Source: Octopus vulgaris (taxonomy: Eukaryota). Taken from it: a stretch of 64,000 nucleotides of DNA. This document shows, in pieces, positions 12,715-27,075 of the stretch. Position numbers and translations under genes: made by a program. The stretch spans positions 49,972,001 through 50,036,000 of the forward strand of contig OX597820.1 in NCBI GenBank assembly GCA_951406725.2, read 5' to 3'. The notes under the pieces were generated by a model. That model saw only the letters and a list, made by a program, of their open reading frames with translations, did no database searches and was not told the DNA's origin. How positions within the stretch are numbered: position 1 is the first letter of the stretch; every line of letters starts with the position of its first letter.

Positions 12715-13165
12715 CAGGTCGCATCTGGCTAGATGGAAGGCTTCGTCTTTCGTTTAATATGGAATAACGGCTTCTACTCCGCAGCGGGTCAGTCTGCCCT
12801 GAAGACATTCTGTAGGACGGATCAGTAATCCATGGCTAACGAAGCTAGCTTCCGCCAGTGTGGCCACAACAATAGAGTTTCATTGACAGTAATCAGATGT
12901 AGTCACTTTTTATGAGGCACTTCTTTTCACACCCTGTCTTTTTGATGGAGCCGCAGTTGCTGGCGAACTGTCAGGCACTTACCGTCATTTGCAAGACAGC
13001 GCTAACAGCGGAGATAAACTCTAAATACACTGGGCACGATGATACAGTTCTTCGCATGCACTTGCACACATACATCCAACTGATAGTTGAGTGCGTAAAT
13101 CTTTCCAGATACTGTCCAACGTTGGTAGAGACCCGTAACATTCCTGAGAGGATCCTCTGCTTGAT
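12715..13165 (+). mobile_element. Possible highly decayed L1/Tx1-type LINE 3' region
   Basis: GC-richer segment with only loose similarity (RDKL..H.GHDDTVL..HAL) to the post-RT zinc-knuckle region. Confidence 0.25.
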
Positions 13166-13304
13166 ATAGAAATTCCCCATAGTTTTACTTACCGCAATCG
13201 TTATCGACGTCTTCGTCACCCTCGTCGTAGTCACTGTATTCATCATCGTCGTCGTCGTCGCCATCAGATTTTTTTTTAATATAGTTATTATAAAGTAATA
13301 AAAA

Positions 13305-14790
13305 AGACAGCGAGATGGCAGAACCGTTAACATGCCCGACAAAATATTTGGCGGTATTTCGTCCGTATTTACATTCTGAGTTCACATTCTGCCGAGATCA
13401 ACGTCACCTTTCATCTTATCGCAGTCGATGAAATAATTACCAGTTGAGAACTGGGTTCAGTGTGATCGACTAGGCCCCTTCCCCAAATTTTCAGGCCTTG
13501 TGCCAATAGTAAAAAAGTTATTAAATCAATGAGTAAGGCGAGGTGACAGTCGTCGTTAAAGCAACAGAAAAATGCTTTGCATTATTTGTCCTTTGTCCTT
13601 TGTTCAAATTCTACCGAAGTCAGCTTCCCTTTCGGTTCTTTGAAGGTAATAATTAAGTACCAATCAAATTCTCTGATCTATGGTTTAAATTAACACCTTC
13701 CCTTTAAAAATATTGTGCTTCAATTAGAGACAATTAATATTCTTGTTAGCATTACGATAATGAATTTTACCGAGGTTGCCATTGCCTTTCATACATTCGG
13801 GGTCGATAGACTAGTTATCAACTTCAACCCTTGTGCTTACAGTAGCAAAAATTCATGACAATGACAGTGAGTTAATAGAATAGTGAGATCGTCGGAGAAT
13901 TGTTTTGCCTTATATATTACGGTTCTAAGGCGGCGAGCTGGCAGAAACGTGAGCACGCCGGGCGAAATGCGTAACCGTATTTCGTTTGCTGTTACGGTCT
14001 GAGTTCAAATTCCGCCGAGGTCGACTTTGCCTTTCATCCTTTCGGGATCGATTAAATAAGTACCAGTTGGGCACTGGGGTTGATATAATCGACTTAATCC
14101 GTTTGTCTGTCCTTGTTCGTCCCCTCTGTGTTTAGCCCCATGTGGGTAGTAAAGAAATAGGTATTTTTGTCTGCCGCCACATTCTGAGTTCAAATTCCGC
14201 CGAGGTCGACTTTGCATTTTATCCTTTCGGGGTTGATATAATCGACTTGATCCGTTTGTCTGTCATTGTTTGTCCTCTCTGTGTTTAGTTCTTTGTGGGT
14301 AGTAAAGAAGGTATTTCGCCCGTCGCTACGTTCTAAGGTCGACTTTGCCTTTCATCCTAAGTGCCAGTCAAGTACTGAGGCTGACGGTATCACCTAATCT
14401 TCCTTCTAAATTGTTGGTTTATAAATATATTAGAACTCCTTATCAAGGTAATGGTGTGGTAGAAGCCGTCAAACTAATTTTTTTCTTTTTGTTCTGTAAT
14501 TATATCTATATGTTTTAAAGTTTAAATCCACCTGAAATCAGCTGTGCGTTTCGGCTTTCTCGACTTAATAAGTATCAGTCACGAACTGCTGTCGATATAA
14601 TTTACTGGTCCCCCTTCACAAAATTTCGGGCCTTGTACCTATACTAGGAACAAATATTATTTTCTTTTCTACTCTAGACACAAGGCTCGAAATTTTGGGG
14701 GAGTGATGTCATTCGATTAGATCTACCCCAGTAGGCAACTGATACTTAATTTATCGACTCCAGAAAGGATGAAAGGCAAAGTCGAACTAA
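13305..14790 (+). mobile_element. Cluster of Nin-domain SINEs (at least 6 plus-strand copies including a tandem array at 13927-14400; one minus-strand copy at 14665-14790)
   Basis: Repeated GAGTTCAAATTCCGCCGAGGTCGACTTTGCCTTTCATCCTTTCGGG motif. Confidence 0.85.
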
Positions 14791-15191
14791 AAACAAATAT
14801 TGAGATAATGGAGTTTTAGAACACGTAAAATATGGAACTAGCATATTTGAGAAATTTGATTATGATTCTGTGAGTTCAAATCCAGTTAGCAGCTATATTT
14901 TAATAAAACTTTTATAAATTTACTGCAATATCGATTTTTAAAAATGCATAAATTTAAATGACAAGTTACAAAAAAGTAATCTTAAAATACATGAAGTTTT
15001 CTGAGTCTATAGTGTACGGTTTCACTATATGTATACTTGTATATATATATTCCAACATACATGCTTTCCCCACACCCCTCCAATTGTATTTATATGTATA
15101 TTGTGAAGTAATTATATGCAGAGTATATTAAAATTCCCGTTAATCCACAAACATGTATTATATTAGTCTTTGTTTAATAAGACAAACTCAC

Positions 15192-15293
15192 TCTATTTAA
15201 ATGTGACGTTTGCAACTTAATGAAAACTGCTTCCCCTATAGAAATAGCTTGTTGTAATAGCTGTCCACAACGTACTTCCGGCCGTTTCTGAAG
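15192..15293 (-). other. Candidate 102-nt exon
   Basis: Acceptor tttctattgtcag, donor AGA/GTGAGT, unique non-repeat sequence. Reads LQKRPEVRCGQLLQQAISIGEAVFIKLQTSHLNR (phase 0) or FRNGRKYVVDSYYNKLFL* (phase 2). Confidence 0.4.
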
Positions 15294-15434
15294 CTGACAA
15301 TAGAAATTTTACTTAGCTTAAGTTATTCCAACCAACAGCTACTTCTATTGTGAAATACTTCTCATTCGTTCGTAATTACTAAAAGGAACTACTTCATGCA
15401 TGATTTCATGTCATGTGTGTGTGCATATACATAC

Positions 15435-15466
<32 letters not shown>

Positions 15467-15739
15467 TCTTTCGTATGCATATATGTTTATGTGTAAATAT
15501 ATATATAGTTCATATATATATATATATATATAGCATATGTTAATTGTTGTAAATAGCTTCAACTGTTCGCTACTGCTGAGGTACTTCAAGAACTTTTAGG
15601 GGATCCTACAATATGTCCCGAAACAATCACTAAATTCCAATTATGATATTTCTCAGTTAAAATGTCCGAGTGAAGCGCTCCTTAGTTCACTTAGAATTTC
15701 ACAAATATTGGCTACAGGAAACTGCTACTGTTCTCGTTG

Positions 15740-15950
15740 TTGATGTTGACGATAATGATGATGACGATGGTGATGATGATGATAATGATGATGATGATGA
15801 TGATGATGAAACGATGATAGCGATATCGATGATGCTGATGTTGGTGGTGATGGTGTTGATGTTTGTGGTAGCGATGCTCGTAATGGTGACATTGGTTTTG
15901 ATAATGTTTCTAATATTGGTGAAGTTATTTGTGGTGGTGATGGTGATTCC
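15740..15950. repeat. Degenerate (GAT/GGT)n trinucleotide low-complexity tract
   Basis: Direct reading of the sequence; it explains the hydrophobic ORF 15670-16182. Confidence 0.9.
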
Positions 15951-16509
15951 CTTTGTGGCCAGAATCGAACAGGCTAGGGTCAATGGTCGTCAGGCTAGTC
16001 ACGTGTTCGTGATACTTGTTTATTCTTACTTATTGTTCTCTAACACTAGGTTTATTATCATCAAGCAGACATATGAGATAAAGCATTCCATCCGTGACCA
16101 CTACCTTTTTATCTTTCAAATTTTAATTTTTTGTCTTGGGACAGTAATATGTGATATGAGAGAGATTGGCTACTATTTCTAGCAACACGAGACAGCTTCG
16201 TGGTGTTGTTGCTGGTGATAATGATAATATTTTTGTTATTTAGCTTCATGTCAGCCTTCAACGAACTGACCTATAATTAAAGATATCAAAGATGTGTCCG
16301 AAACACTTTTTTGCATATTCAGCCCTTTGTCTGACCTGTGTATCACATGATCACATGATACACAGGACAGTATTTCCTTGGCGTCCATGCATCATATATG
16401 ATACACATTCCGAATTTTTTTCGACCACCAGAGGAAATTGGGACTTATGAAAGGAATGTTTTATATTATTCAAGGCGTATAAAGGAAAAACTAACCAAAT
16501 GTGTGTAAA

Positions 16510-16617
16510 CAAGGCGGCGCGCTGACAGAAACGTTAACGCTCCTGGCGAAATTCTTAGCGGTATTTCGCATGTGTTTACATTTTGAGTTCAAATTCCGCC
16601 GAAGTCGACTTTGCTTT
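16510..16617 (+). mobile_element. Nin-domain SINE 5' part, interrupted by a younger SINE
   Basis: Family C head ending at CGACTTTGCTTT, which is duplicated at 16950-16961. Confidence 0.8.
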
Positions 16618-16618
16618 C

Positions 16619-16949
16619 TAACAGCCTGCTCGTGAAATTAACGTGTAAGTGGCTGAGCACTCCACAGACACGTGTACCCTTAACGTAGTTCTCGGGGATA
16701 TTCAGCGTGACACAGAGAGTGACAAGGCCGGCCCCTTGAAATACAGGTACAACAGAAACAGGAAGTAAGAGTGAGAGAAAGTTGTGGTGAAGGAGTACAG
16801 CAGGGATCACCACCATCCCCTGCCGGAGCCTCGTGGAGCTTTAGGTGTTTTCGCTCAATAAACACTCACAACGCCCGGTCTGGGAATCGAAACCGCGATC
16901 CTATGACCGCGAGTCCGCTGCCCTAACCACTGGGCCATTGCGCCTCCAC
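16619..16949 (-). mobile_element. tRNA-Arg-derived SINE (OR-like head), tail type 2, with 12-bp TSD
   Basis: Head nearly identical to 10810-10989 but with a different tail. TSD CGACTTTGCTTT at 16606-16617 and 16950-16961. Confidence 0.9.
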
Positions 16950-16962
16950 CGACTTTGCTTTA

Positions 16963-17135
16963 GAGGCGCAGGAGTGGCTAGAGGGGCAGGAGTAGCTGTG
17001 TGGTAAGTAGCTTGCATACAAACCACATGGTTCCGGGTTCACTCCTACTGCGTGGGACCTTGGGCAAGTGTCTTCTACAAAACCTTGTGAATGGATTTGG
17101 TTAACGGAAACTGAAAGAAGCCCGTCGTATATATG

Positions 17136-17193
<58 letters not shown>

Positions 17194-17407
17194 TGTGTGT
17201 GTCTGTGTTTGTTCCCCCCAACATCACTTGACAACCGATGCTGGTGTGTTCACGTCCCTGTAACTTAGCGGTTCGGCAAAAGGGACCGATAGAATAAGTA
17301 CTAGGCTTCCAAAGAATAAGTCCTGGGGTTGATTTGCTCGACTAAAGGCGGTGCCCCAGTATGGCCGCAGTCAAATGACTGAAACAAGTAAAAGAGTAAA
17401 AGAGTAA
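16963..17407 (+). mobile_element. tRNA-derived SINE family B with internal (TA)n(TG)n
   Basis: GGAGTGGCTGTGTGGTAAG...GGTTCA.TCC head, CTTGGGCAAGTGTCTT core, internal microsatellite, and tail GGCGGTGC.CCAG.ATGGCCGCAGTC...(GTAAAAGA)n. Confidence 0.9.
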
Positions 17408-18203
17408 ACAAGCGAAGACATTTCAAACAAACCCATGAAAACACTTCGGATAGGCAAAAGGTTAACATTACATTTTAAGAAGTGTCCTCTCTTTTTGTAC
17501 TATGGTTGCATGGTGGTGGTGGCAGTGGCGGTGGTGAAATTTGAATACTATTTTTAGCAGGTTAGTTATGCACTTTAAGTCTCCTTAATCGGCTGAGGAT
17601 TGTGATGTTGACGACTATGTCGGTGTGAATGGACCGATAATATAGAGTCGCTTTTGTTGTTGCTGTTTTGTAGCTCCAATTCTGCTCTGGTTGATGATAT
17701 TCCTGATCAAGGATATTCCATGACCAACGCATACTTTCCTATACCTAAGACTATTTAGCCAATTCATCCTTCTTTACTTTGAAGATTTTAGAATGTAATT
17801 AAACGGAATTTGACTATTTCTAACAGGGTAAGCGACGGCAAAAAGGCTCCCTCTTTGGCTAACGTTGTTGATATTGTTGCGAACTGGGCAAAACTGTGAT
17901 GAAATGTATTCCACCCGTAACCATCTCGTCTTTTATGGCTTCATAGTGCTATGTAGGATTACATTTTTTAATGTGCTCTTTCTTTAAGACAAGTGAGATT
18001 TGATATTTGGTTGATATTTCAAAGAGGCTAAATGATCACGTAGCAGCTCCCTCGAGGTATTTTTGGTATTGATGCTGACATGGTGTCAAGATTTCGTCAT
18101 CGTTGTTGTTGCTATTCATGAACCGAAAAAGCAATGGAACTGTAAAAGAAATCCATATGCATTTCAAATGAAAAACATGAGCATATTAGAAAATGCGTCT
18201 TGG

Positions 18204-20075
18204 TAAGACGGCGTGCTGGCAAAATCGTTAATGCGCCGGGCAAAATTCTTAGCGGTATTTCGTCTGTCTTTACGTTCTGAGTTCAAATTCCGCCGAAGTC
18301 GACTTTGCCTTCCGGGGCCGATAAATTAAGTACCAGTTGTGTACTGGAATCGATCTAATCGACTGGACACCTCCCCTAAATTTTCAGACCTTATGCCTAG
18401 GGTAGAAAGGACTATACAAGGTTTTCCCACCATATTTGTCGTTGATTTTTGTCAACGTCAACCTAAAATTTATCATCGTCATCTTCACTTTCATTAGCTT
18501 CAATGCTGATTATGGCCAGCTTTAATTTTGCCATCGTCACCTTGAACGTCTCCGCTGTAGGATGAAACGAATTCTAATTATAAATAGATGTCAATGTTTA
18601 CTTGTCGCTGAATTCTAGAAGTTTGGTAAATGGTTGTATGTTTTATATGATAAAAAAAAGTCGTACGTTATATCAACGCAAATATACATAAATTAAATGT
18701 TAAAAAATATATTATGATATACACAATAACAACATGACAAAGAAAAATAATATCACTTGAATCTTTATTTCATTATTCCCATTTCTCTCTTGGCATATTC
18801 CTAACAACAAATCCAGTACTGTCATCTTGGGTAATCATTGTCAGTTTGGTGTCCATATATTTTGTCGTGCATATATTTGTTTCAAATGTTGGCACAATGC
18901 CAGCAATTTCGGGGAGGAGGAAAGTCGATTGCATCGATCCCAGTCCTCGACTGGTACATATTCTATCATCCCCGAAAGAGTGAATGTCAAAGTCGACCGC
19001 GGCGGAATTTGAACTTAAAACGGGAAGACGGATTAAACGCCACCAAACATATTTTCCCACTGCCTTTTCTTTTCTCGTACATATATTCATTTGAAATTTT
19101 AGCAAAATGTCAGCAATTTCAGTGGAGAGAGAAAGTCGATGACATCGACCCCGGTGCTTAAATAGTACTTATTTTACCATCATCGAATGGATGAAAGGAA
19201 AAGTCAACCTCGGTGGAATTTGAACGCAGAGTGTGAAGAAGGTCTAAATACCGCTAAGCATTTTCCCCGGTTTATTAACGACTTTGCCAGTTCACCGATA
19301 TATTGATATTTATCAACCGTGTACTCGTAAAAATTTTCTACCGTTCTAGCCAAGGGAAGGTACAGTCTATTTCGTGAAGCACTGGTGTTATGTGTGTCTT
19401 GCGTGGGTTGAGCCATATTTGTGAGTATCTGTTGCGTAGAATAGGAATTACATGTGCTGTTGGTGGTGAGTGTGATGCGTTATAGCTTGGGCGTTTAGCG
19501 GCATCACTTCCAGCTTTACGTTCTGCGGTCAAATTCCGCAGATGTCAATTTGCGTTTCATACTTTCCGTTTCGGTAAAATAAATACTATGAGAGACGTAA
19601 TCGAGTAGACCCCGCCTCTTCCAAAATATCAGGCCTTGTGTCTACAGTAGATTTTTTGTTGTTGGCAGAATCATTAGAACGTCTTACAAACAGCCCAATG
19701 AAATGTGTTCTGGTTTTTTCTATTGTTTTTGATCTGAGTCCAAATGGTGCGGGGGTCAATTTGGCTTCCATGCTTCTTTCTGGAGTCAATAAGTTAAAAT
19801 ACCAATCAATATCGAGCGTCAGATAAATCGACCGACTTCTCAAACTTTGTAGTCTTGTAAGACGTAGTCAGGGCCACAAGCTGATAAAACCGTTAGCACA
19901 CTGGATAAGATGCCTAACAGTATTTCGTCCGTCTGTACGTTCTGAGTTCAAATTCTACCAAGGTCAACTTTGCTTTTCAACCTATCGTGGTCGATAAAAT
20001 AAGTATCATTTGTACACTAGGGTCGATGTAATCGACTAACACCTCTCTCGAAATTGCTGGCCTTGTGCCAAACTG
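18204..20075. mobile_element. Nin-domain SINE cluster in mixed orientation (+ 18204-18412; - 18875-19045 and 19088-19297; + three copies at 19490-20075)
   Basis: Family C motif on both strands. Confidence 0.8.
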
Positions 20076-20347
20076 AATCTAGTATACGTAGTAGTCATAG
20101 AAGTTGTTGTAAAGGTGGTGGTGGAAATAGTGGTAGCAGCAGCAGTATCGTTAGTAGTATGAAGAGGAAAAGGAAAAGAAATGGGAGATACTGTAATAAT
20201 ATTTTTTGACTTCAATTATAATTATGCACGCGACGAGAGGACAGAATACATGTAATTAGGAAATATTGATATGCGAAACAGTTTATTGGAAAAAAAAAAG
20301 AATGTCTTGGAATGTGAGTGTCCGTACATATACATGTCTATGCGAGC

Positions 20348-20410
<63 letters not shown>

Positions 20411-20547
20411 TGAGCATGTGCACCTTAAATGTGCATACATGTGTGAGTGAGAAGGATAGGAAGGAAATAAATGGATGTATCTTTATTTCAATCTTCATAG
20501 ATAAAATTTATATTTGTATATATTTGCATTCATATGCAAACACATAG

Positions 20548-20578
<31 letters not shown>

Positions 20579-20654
20579 TCATACTTATATATGATTCTGA
20601 GAGTATATGTTCGAGTATGTGCGTATACGTACATGTATTTATCTACCTGTGTAT

Positions 20655-21448
<794 letters not shown>

Positions 21449-21907
21449 CATGCGCACACAAATGTGTGTATGTTTGTATGAATGTTGATTACAATACATG
21501 TGCCGGCGTGTTTTAAATGTTGGCAAGAAATAATAAAGCGCAGGTATCAGATACATTTGTTCTTTTGAAAAAAAATTTTCGTATCTTAGTCATCCAAATT
21601 ATGAGGAACACAAGATAGTATTAATTCCTTTGGTAAATAATGGGAAATTTTGTTCATTAAATGAACATTTTTCATGCCAGTATTCTCAACTCGATAAATT
21701 AAATTTATAAACAGATATTAAAATAAGCCCCAAACCCACACACCTACAAAACATACATACATACATACATACATACGTAATATATACACACGCACACACA
21801 CATACGTATGCCTATATATATATCGACATCGATATCTGTCTATTTATCTATCTATCCATATATATGCATGTATATATGTATATTATATATATCTTATGGT
21901 TGATGTA

Positions 21908-22031
<124 letters not shown>

Positions 22032-22658
22032 AATATATCTATTTGTATAAAAATGCAAGAACTTTCATGAATGCAAGCATTTATGAACGTTAGTTAATTT
22101 ACTTGTGTTCATTTTTCAGAAGCTTGGGACTCATTCAGGGAATACGTAATTTATTTTAATTGTACGCGTTGACATGTTACTCAGTTCAATAAGTGTGCAA
22201 CACATATTTTAAATATATATTCCGTATGTGTGTGTATGCTGAACGTACATATCTCTAAATACATAATAATTAACAATATATGTGTTTGTGTGTGTGTGTG
22301 TGTATGTGCGTATGTGAGAGTATGTATGTGAGTATAAAAGCGCTCTAGTTTAACGACCATTGAGTTCTTTCCGAAGGCCTAGCTTGAGGATGAATTCGAC
22401 AAATAAAGTTTACTTATGTTGCTCCAATTATATGATTTAAACTCTGTATCAGAATATATTTTCTGCAGGTCTATGTAGTATTATCTACCTGTAAGGGGTT
22501 TGCTTGAATTGATAAATATCACATAATATACACTATAATTGTATAGTTCTATTGCATATAATTGGCGTGATATATTTAAAATTTTTGAAAATTTATTATT
22601 CGAATACATCCTTTTGCAAAGCCTACGGAGAGAACTCTAACATCTTTAAAGTGAGTCA

Positions 22659-22960
<302 letters not shown>

Positions 22961-23296
22961 TATATATATATATACATTTATGTCTATCAATATATCAATG
23001 TATATACACATATACATGTGTGCGTGTTTGTATGGACATATATATATATAGACACACACACACATATATGTGTGTGTGTATATATGTATATATACATGTA
23101 CATATATCTGTGTATATATATATATGTATGTGTGTGTGCGCGTGCGTGTGTGTGTGTGTGTGTGTGTATAAACATATATATACAGAGAGAGAAAAGTGAG
23201 AGAACGAAAATGAATGACAAAATAAATATTTATGTGTGCCTGCATGTCTGCATGAATAAAGAGTTGCAGCGGTGGGGTCGGATCATGTATACTTAC

Positions 23297-23450
23297 TAAA
23301 AGCTTTGTGAAAAACCGGCCACAATCCTTGAATGCAAGATTCCCGTCTGTACACCACTGATGCATTCCAGTAGAAAAGCCTCGTCAGTAAGTCGAGGCGT
23401 CAGTATCGTTGGAGGTATTGTCTTCTGTGTGCAGAGAGTCGGAACATATA
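23297..23450 (-). other. Candidate 154-nt exon
   Basis: Acceptor ggcttttcag, donor TTA/GTAAGT, GC-richer unique sequence. One frame is fully open: YVPTLCTQKTIPPTILTPRLTDEAFLLECISGVQTGILHSRIVAGFSQSF. Confidence 0.45.
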
Positions 23451-24063
23451 CTGAAAAGCCATACGTCCGATACTCTAAGATTTCCTCTCATGCACCCATT
23501 TGATTTAATATGTTTCAACATCGACTGCAAAAGCTAGGCATGCTTCTTCATATCTTCGAGGTTTTTACAAGAAATTCTATTTATTTATTTATTATTTATT
23601 AATTTATTTATTGGCTATTCGCCAACAAAATCTAATGCCTCTTGATATCTGTAAACTTTTGGCCGACCAACACCTGTTATTTATGAAGGGACTGCCCGCT
23701 CTCTCTTTCATATCCAACAACATCAATCTGCAGTATAATGTCGGTGATTATGTAAGTAGTAGTGTTAATTTTGACTTTGCTGGTGCTGGTGCTGGTAGCA
23801 AGGGGGTTGTTCCAAGACTTGGAAAATCATTAGAGCTTCAGATAAATTGCCACTGAACCTATTTCTTTCCTTTCCTTACGTTCTGATTTTGAACCATGCT
23901 GAGGTTAATTTTCATCCATCCGGGACCGTTACAATAAAGTATTAGATAAGTACTGTGTTCAATATAACCGACACATACAACTTCTCTAATATTTGTGGTA
24001 TTGAATCTGTATTAGAGATAATAGTGGCTTCCTCATACATATCAACTTGTGTGTTACTTTTCA

Positions 24064-24105
<42 letters not shown>

Positions 24106-24244
24106 CAGGAAGTAAACAGAAATCTTTAATTTTCAAAATTTCTTATCCAAGCGTCTTAATTTTTTTAAGCGGTGTAGAATTTACAATGTAATTATTCTTT
24201 TTCGTCCTAGGTGCCCTTATATTAAACATTTGCGAAGAGTAACC

Positions 24245-24530
24245 ATGCCATGCACAAAAAATTCAGCACAACTGTCAAATTTTCAAAGTGGTCGTATTGT
24301 TGGGCAATCTGAGGCTGGTCTTAGCAGGCGAGAAATTGCCGATAAATCTTCAAATTTCTCTTACTACTGCAGCTAGAATTATAGTGCAATTCAAAAGCCT
24401 AGTAAAAGAATCAACAGATTCTCGTCCCAGCCGACTTGGGCCCTCAGAAAGGAAGCTTCGCTGTTTGAAGAGAATTGTGGGAAACGAACCCCGTTCGAAG
24501 GGTTCTGATATTGCTAAACAGCTGGTCCAA
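24245..24530 (+). mobile_element. Tc1-type transposase N-terminal relic
   Basis: MPCTKNSAQLSNFQSGRIVGQSEAGLSRREIAD, frameshift, then [16 protein letters not shown]...[23 protein letters not shown]. This is the paired-like HTH of Tc1. Confidence 0.75.
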
Positions 24531-24698
24531 CAACGTGTGTTACATATTTGCATAAGCTTGGGTATTGTGGACGAGCAACTAGAGGAAAATCTCTTCTTCA
24601 ACAAATTAATATCATATAAAAGATTTTGAAAATTAAAGGTGTCTATTTTCTTCCTGCATGTCTGTGTATATACATACATACATACATACATACATATG

Positions 24699-24760
<62 letters not shown>

Positions 24761-24817
24761 CATACAATACATACATATGTATATATATATATATACATAC
24801 ACACATACATACATATG

Positions 24818-24871
<54 letters not shown>

Positions 24872-24874
<3 letters not shown>

Positions 24875-24973
24875 TTAATCCAAACATGAAAACACAACAA
24901 CGCGAGGACGTGGAACAAGTATAGTATTATTGTACGCTCAGGAAAGAAGGAAAGAAGGAGGGTTTAACGTTTC
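24872..24973 (-). repeat. Truncated relative of the 4310-4550 HHR repeat
   Basis: Shares TTATT..ACGCTCAGGAA...ACGTTTC with 4360-4401. Breaks off at the GAAACGTT half of the hammerhead. Confidence 0.55.
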
Positions 24974-25222
24974 TGTGCGTGTTTGTGTGTGTGCTTACAT
25001 ATGTTAATATTTGTTTCCATATGATGAAAATAATAAGACATTTTAAGATGAACTGATGGATTATTTATTGCCTTTTAGTAGAGGGCATATCTCTTAACTC
25101 TTATAAAGAAAATGATTTCAGTGAATTCGAAATTTCGGCCCATAGCCGTCCTCCAGATTTCTGAAGACATTTGCTAAGCTGAAACTTCTAAGTCACTGCC
25201 AAAAATGTCCTCTTATTCTTGA

Positions 25223-25294
<72 letters not shown>

Positions 25295-25645
25295 ACACAC
25301 ATACACATACACACACACACACACGCACGCACACAGACACATATACGTAGCTGGCGATGATGAAGTTGGTGATGTCACATGTCACAGTAACGTCTCTGTA
25401 CTTTAGCGCCTCTTCTCACCATTCTTTGCTTGCTTACACCCTACACCAACAAATGGTTTGGATAAATCGATACGTCTGCTTTTGTATGTTTAGCTGAACA
25501 CTGTGTAATAATAATGGCAATCAACTAGAGACTCAACAAAACCAAAAATTCAGCTATTTCTTATTACATAAACACATGAATGTAACTTGTAATATTATAA
25601 TGTAGGATGAAAAAAGTGGAGAAGAGGACATGTTTAACGACTTAC

Positions 25646-25707
25646 GAATATACAAAATTTTTTATGGAACTCAAGAAGTGTGCCAAGAACAATCTCACTC
25701 ACCCTCG
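25646..25707 (-). other. Candidate exon with two in-phase donors (5-nt micro-exon 25703-25707 or 62-nt form)
   Basis: Strong acceptor ttattttatttcattttag. Donors AGG/GTGAGT and TTC/GTAAGT are 57 nt apart. Confidence 0.3.
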
Positions 25708-26138
25708 CTAAAATGAAATAAAATAACTATAAATGAATATATACGAAAATGTACATAAATCAAATACAAGCAATTTTAAGATAAACAATGGCCATAATAT
25801 GAGAAATGGTAAACATATATCAATAGTTCGGGGTAAATGAGGCAGACAATGGACAACGTAGACACAGAAAGGGAAAGAAATACAAACCATGTATAGTGAT
25901 TATACTAAACTAACTGCCAAAAACTCAGTAATTAGTATAGACAAACTAAGCTACCCTAGAAGTTAACTACAGTTTCAATATAATTAATTAAAAATTAAGT
26001 GAACTGAAAACCATAAGGAAATAGGGAAAAACAATATGCCATCAGTAACTTGATGTGGGTAGGCTGAATATTCTTGCTACGTACAGAAGGTTGGAAACTC
26101 AACCAAACAGAAAATTACGACGACAAATGTAAATAATA

Positions 26139-26228
<90 letters not shown>

Positions 26229-26230
26229 AG

Positions 26231-26275
<45 letters not shown>

Positions 26276-27075
26276 AGGTATGTGTGTGTGTGTGTATTTT
26301 ATTAAAGAAAATTCCTCAAAACATATCTGGACATATTTTGAGTATTATTTTAGGAACATGTCAAAAAATAAAATTATATTTACTTAAATTAAAGCACCAA
26401 GACAATCGAGTCAAGAGATAGACCTTTTTATACGAGTTACTATCAGCTACATTTACTTGAGATGGTCGCAGTATCATTCATACACACGTGACTGGAGATT
26501 TTGGCTTGAAGAATTCATGGATGCTGTCCAATTTTCTCCAGGCGTTTCGACTCAAGACCATAAATTCTTCTAGTTGGTGTGTCGGCAGCTATGGCTAGTT
26601 ACAGCCCTCGTATAATCTGAGCTTAAATTAGAACAGGGCTGGATTTTCTTTTTACACTTAGTAGTGTCGATATATAATGAATCAATTACATACCTGTATC
26701 GATTAAATCAACTCTATTCGTCTCATGTACTCATATATCGATATTATATACTCATCATCAAAATCCTCAATAAGAGTCTTAAGAATTTATAAGCAAGTTT
26801 TGATATTTAAATCAATCCCTGATTAAGAACAAAGGTAATACCATATGCTAAATCGAGGATTACCATACCTAATCCTGCCATTCTTTATTTAAGACGGTAG
26901 TTTGTGATTGAAAGAAGTTCGGCTGCTATTTCTAGCAGGCTAGTTAATCTTGCCGAAACTTCCCCAAACGCACGGATCTACATCTGGATCTACATCCAGG
27001 AACGCAGGAATATATTTCTAAGGACGGCCAAAAATTGCCTTTGTATATGAGTCTGTTCTCTCAATGACACCGATG

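Noticed and set aside
13185-13270. Acidic minus-strand ORF end with a GTAAGT donor
   Set aside because: Degenerate (GAC/GAT)n repeat with no acceptor upstream.
13927-14400. Regularly recurring repeats resembling a CRISPR-like array
   Set aside because: It is a tandem duplication of a SINE, the intervening parts are also homologous, and the context is eukaryotic.
15670-16182. 170-aa ORF with an acidic run and an apparent transmembrane segment
   Set aside because: Encoded by degenerate (GAT/GGT)n repeats, with no domain or splice support.
23433-25707. EVYVPT match to the Rho GTPase effector loop if the micro-exon is used
   Set aside because: The following residues do not resemble Rho (no VFENY or WDTAG), so the match is treated as chance.
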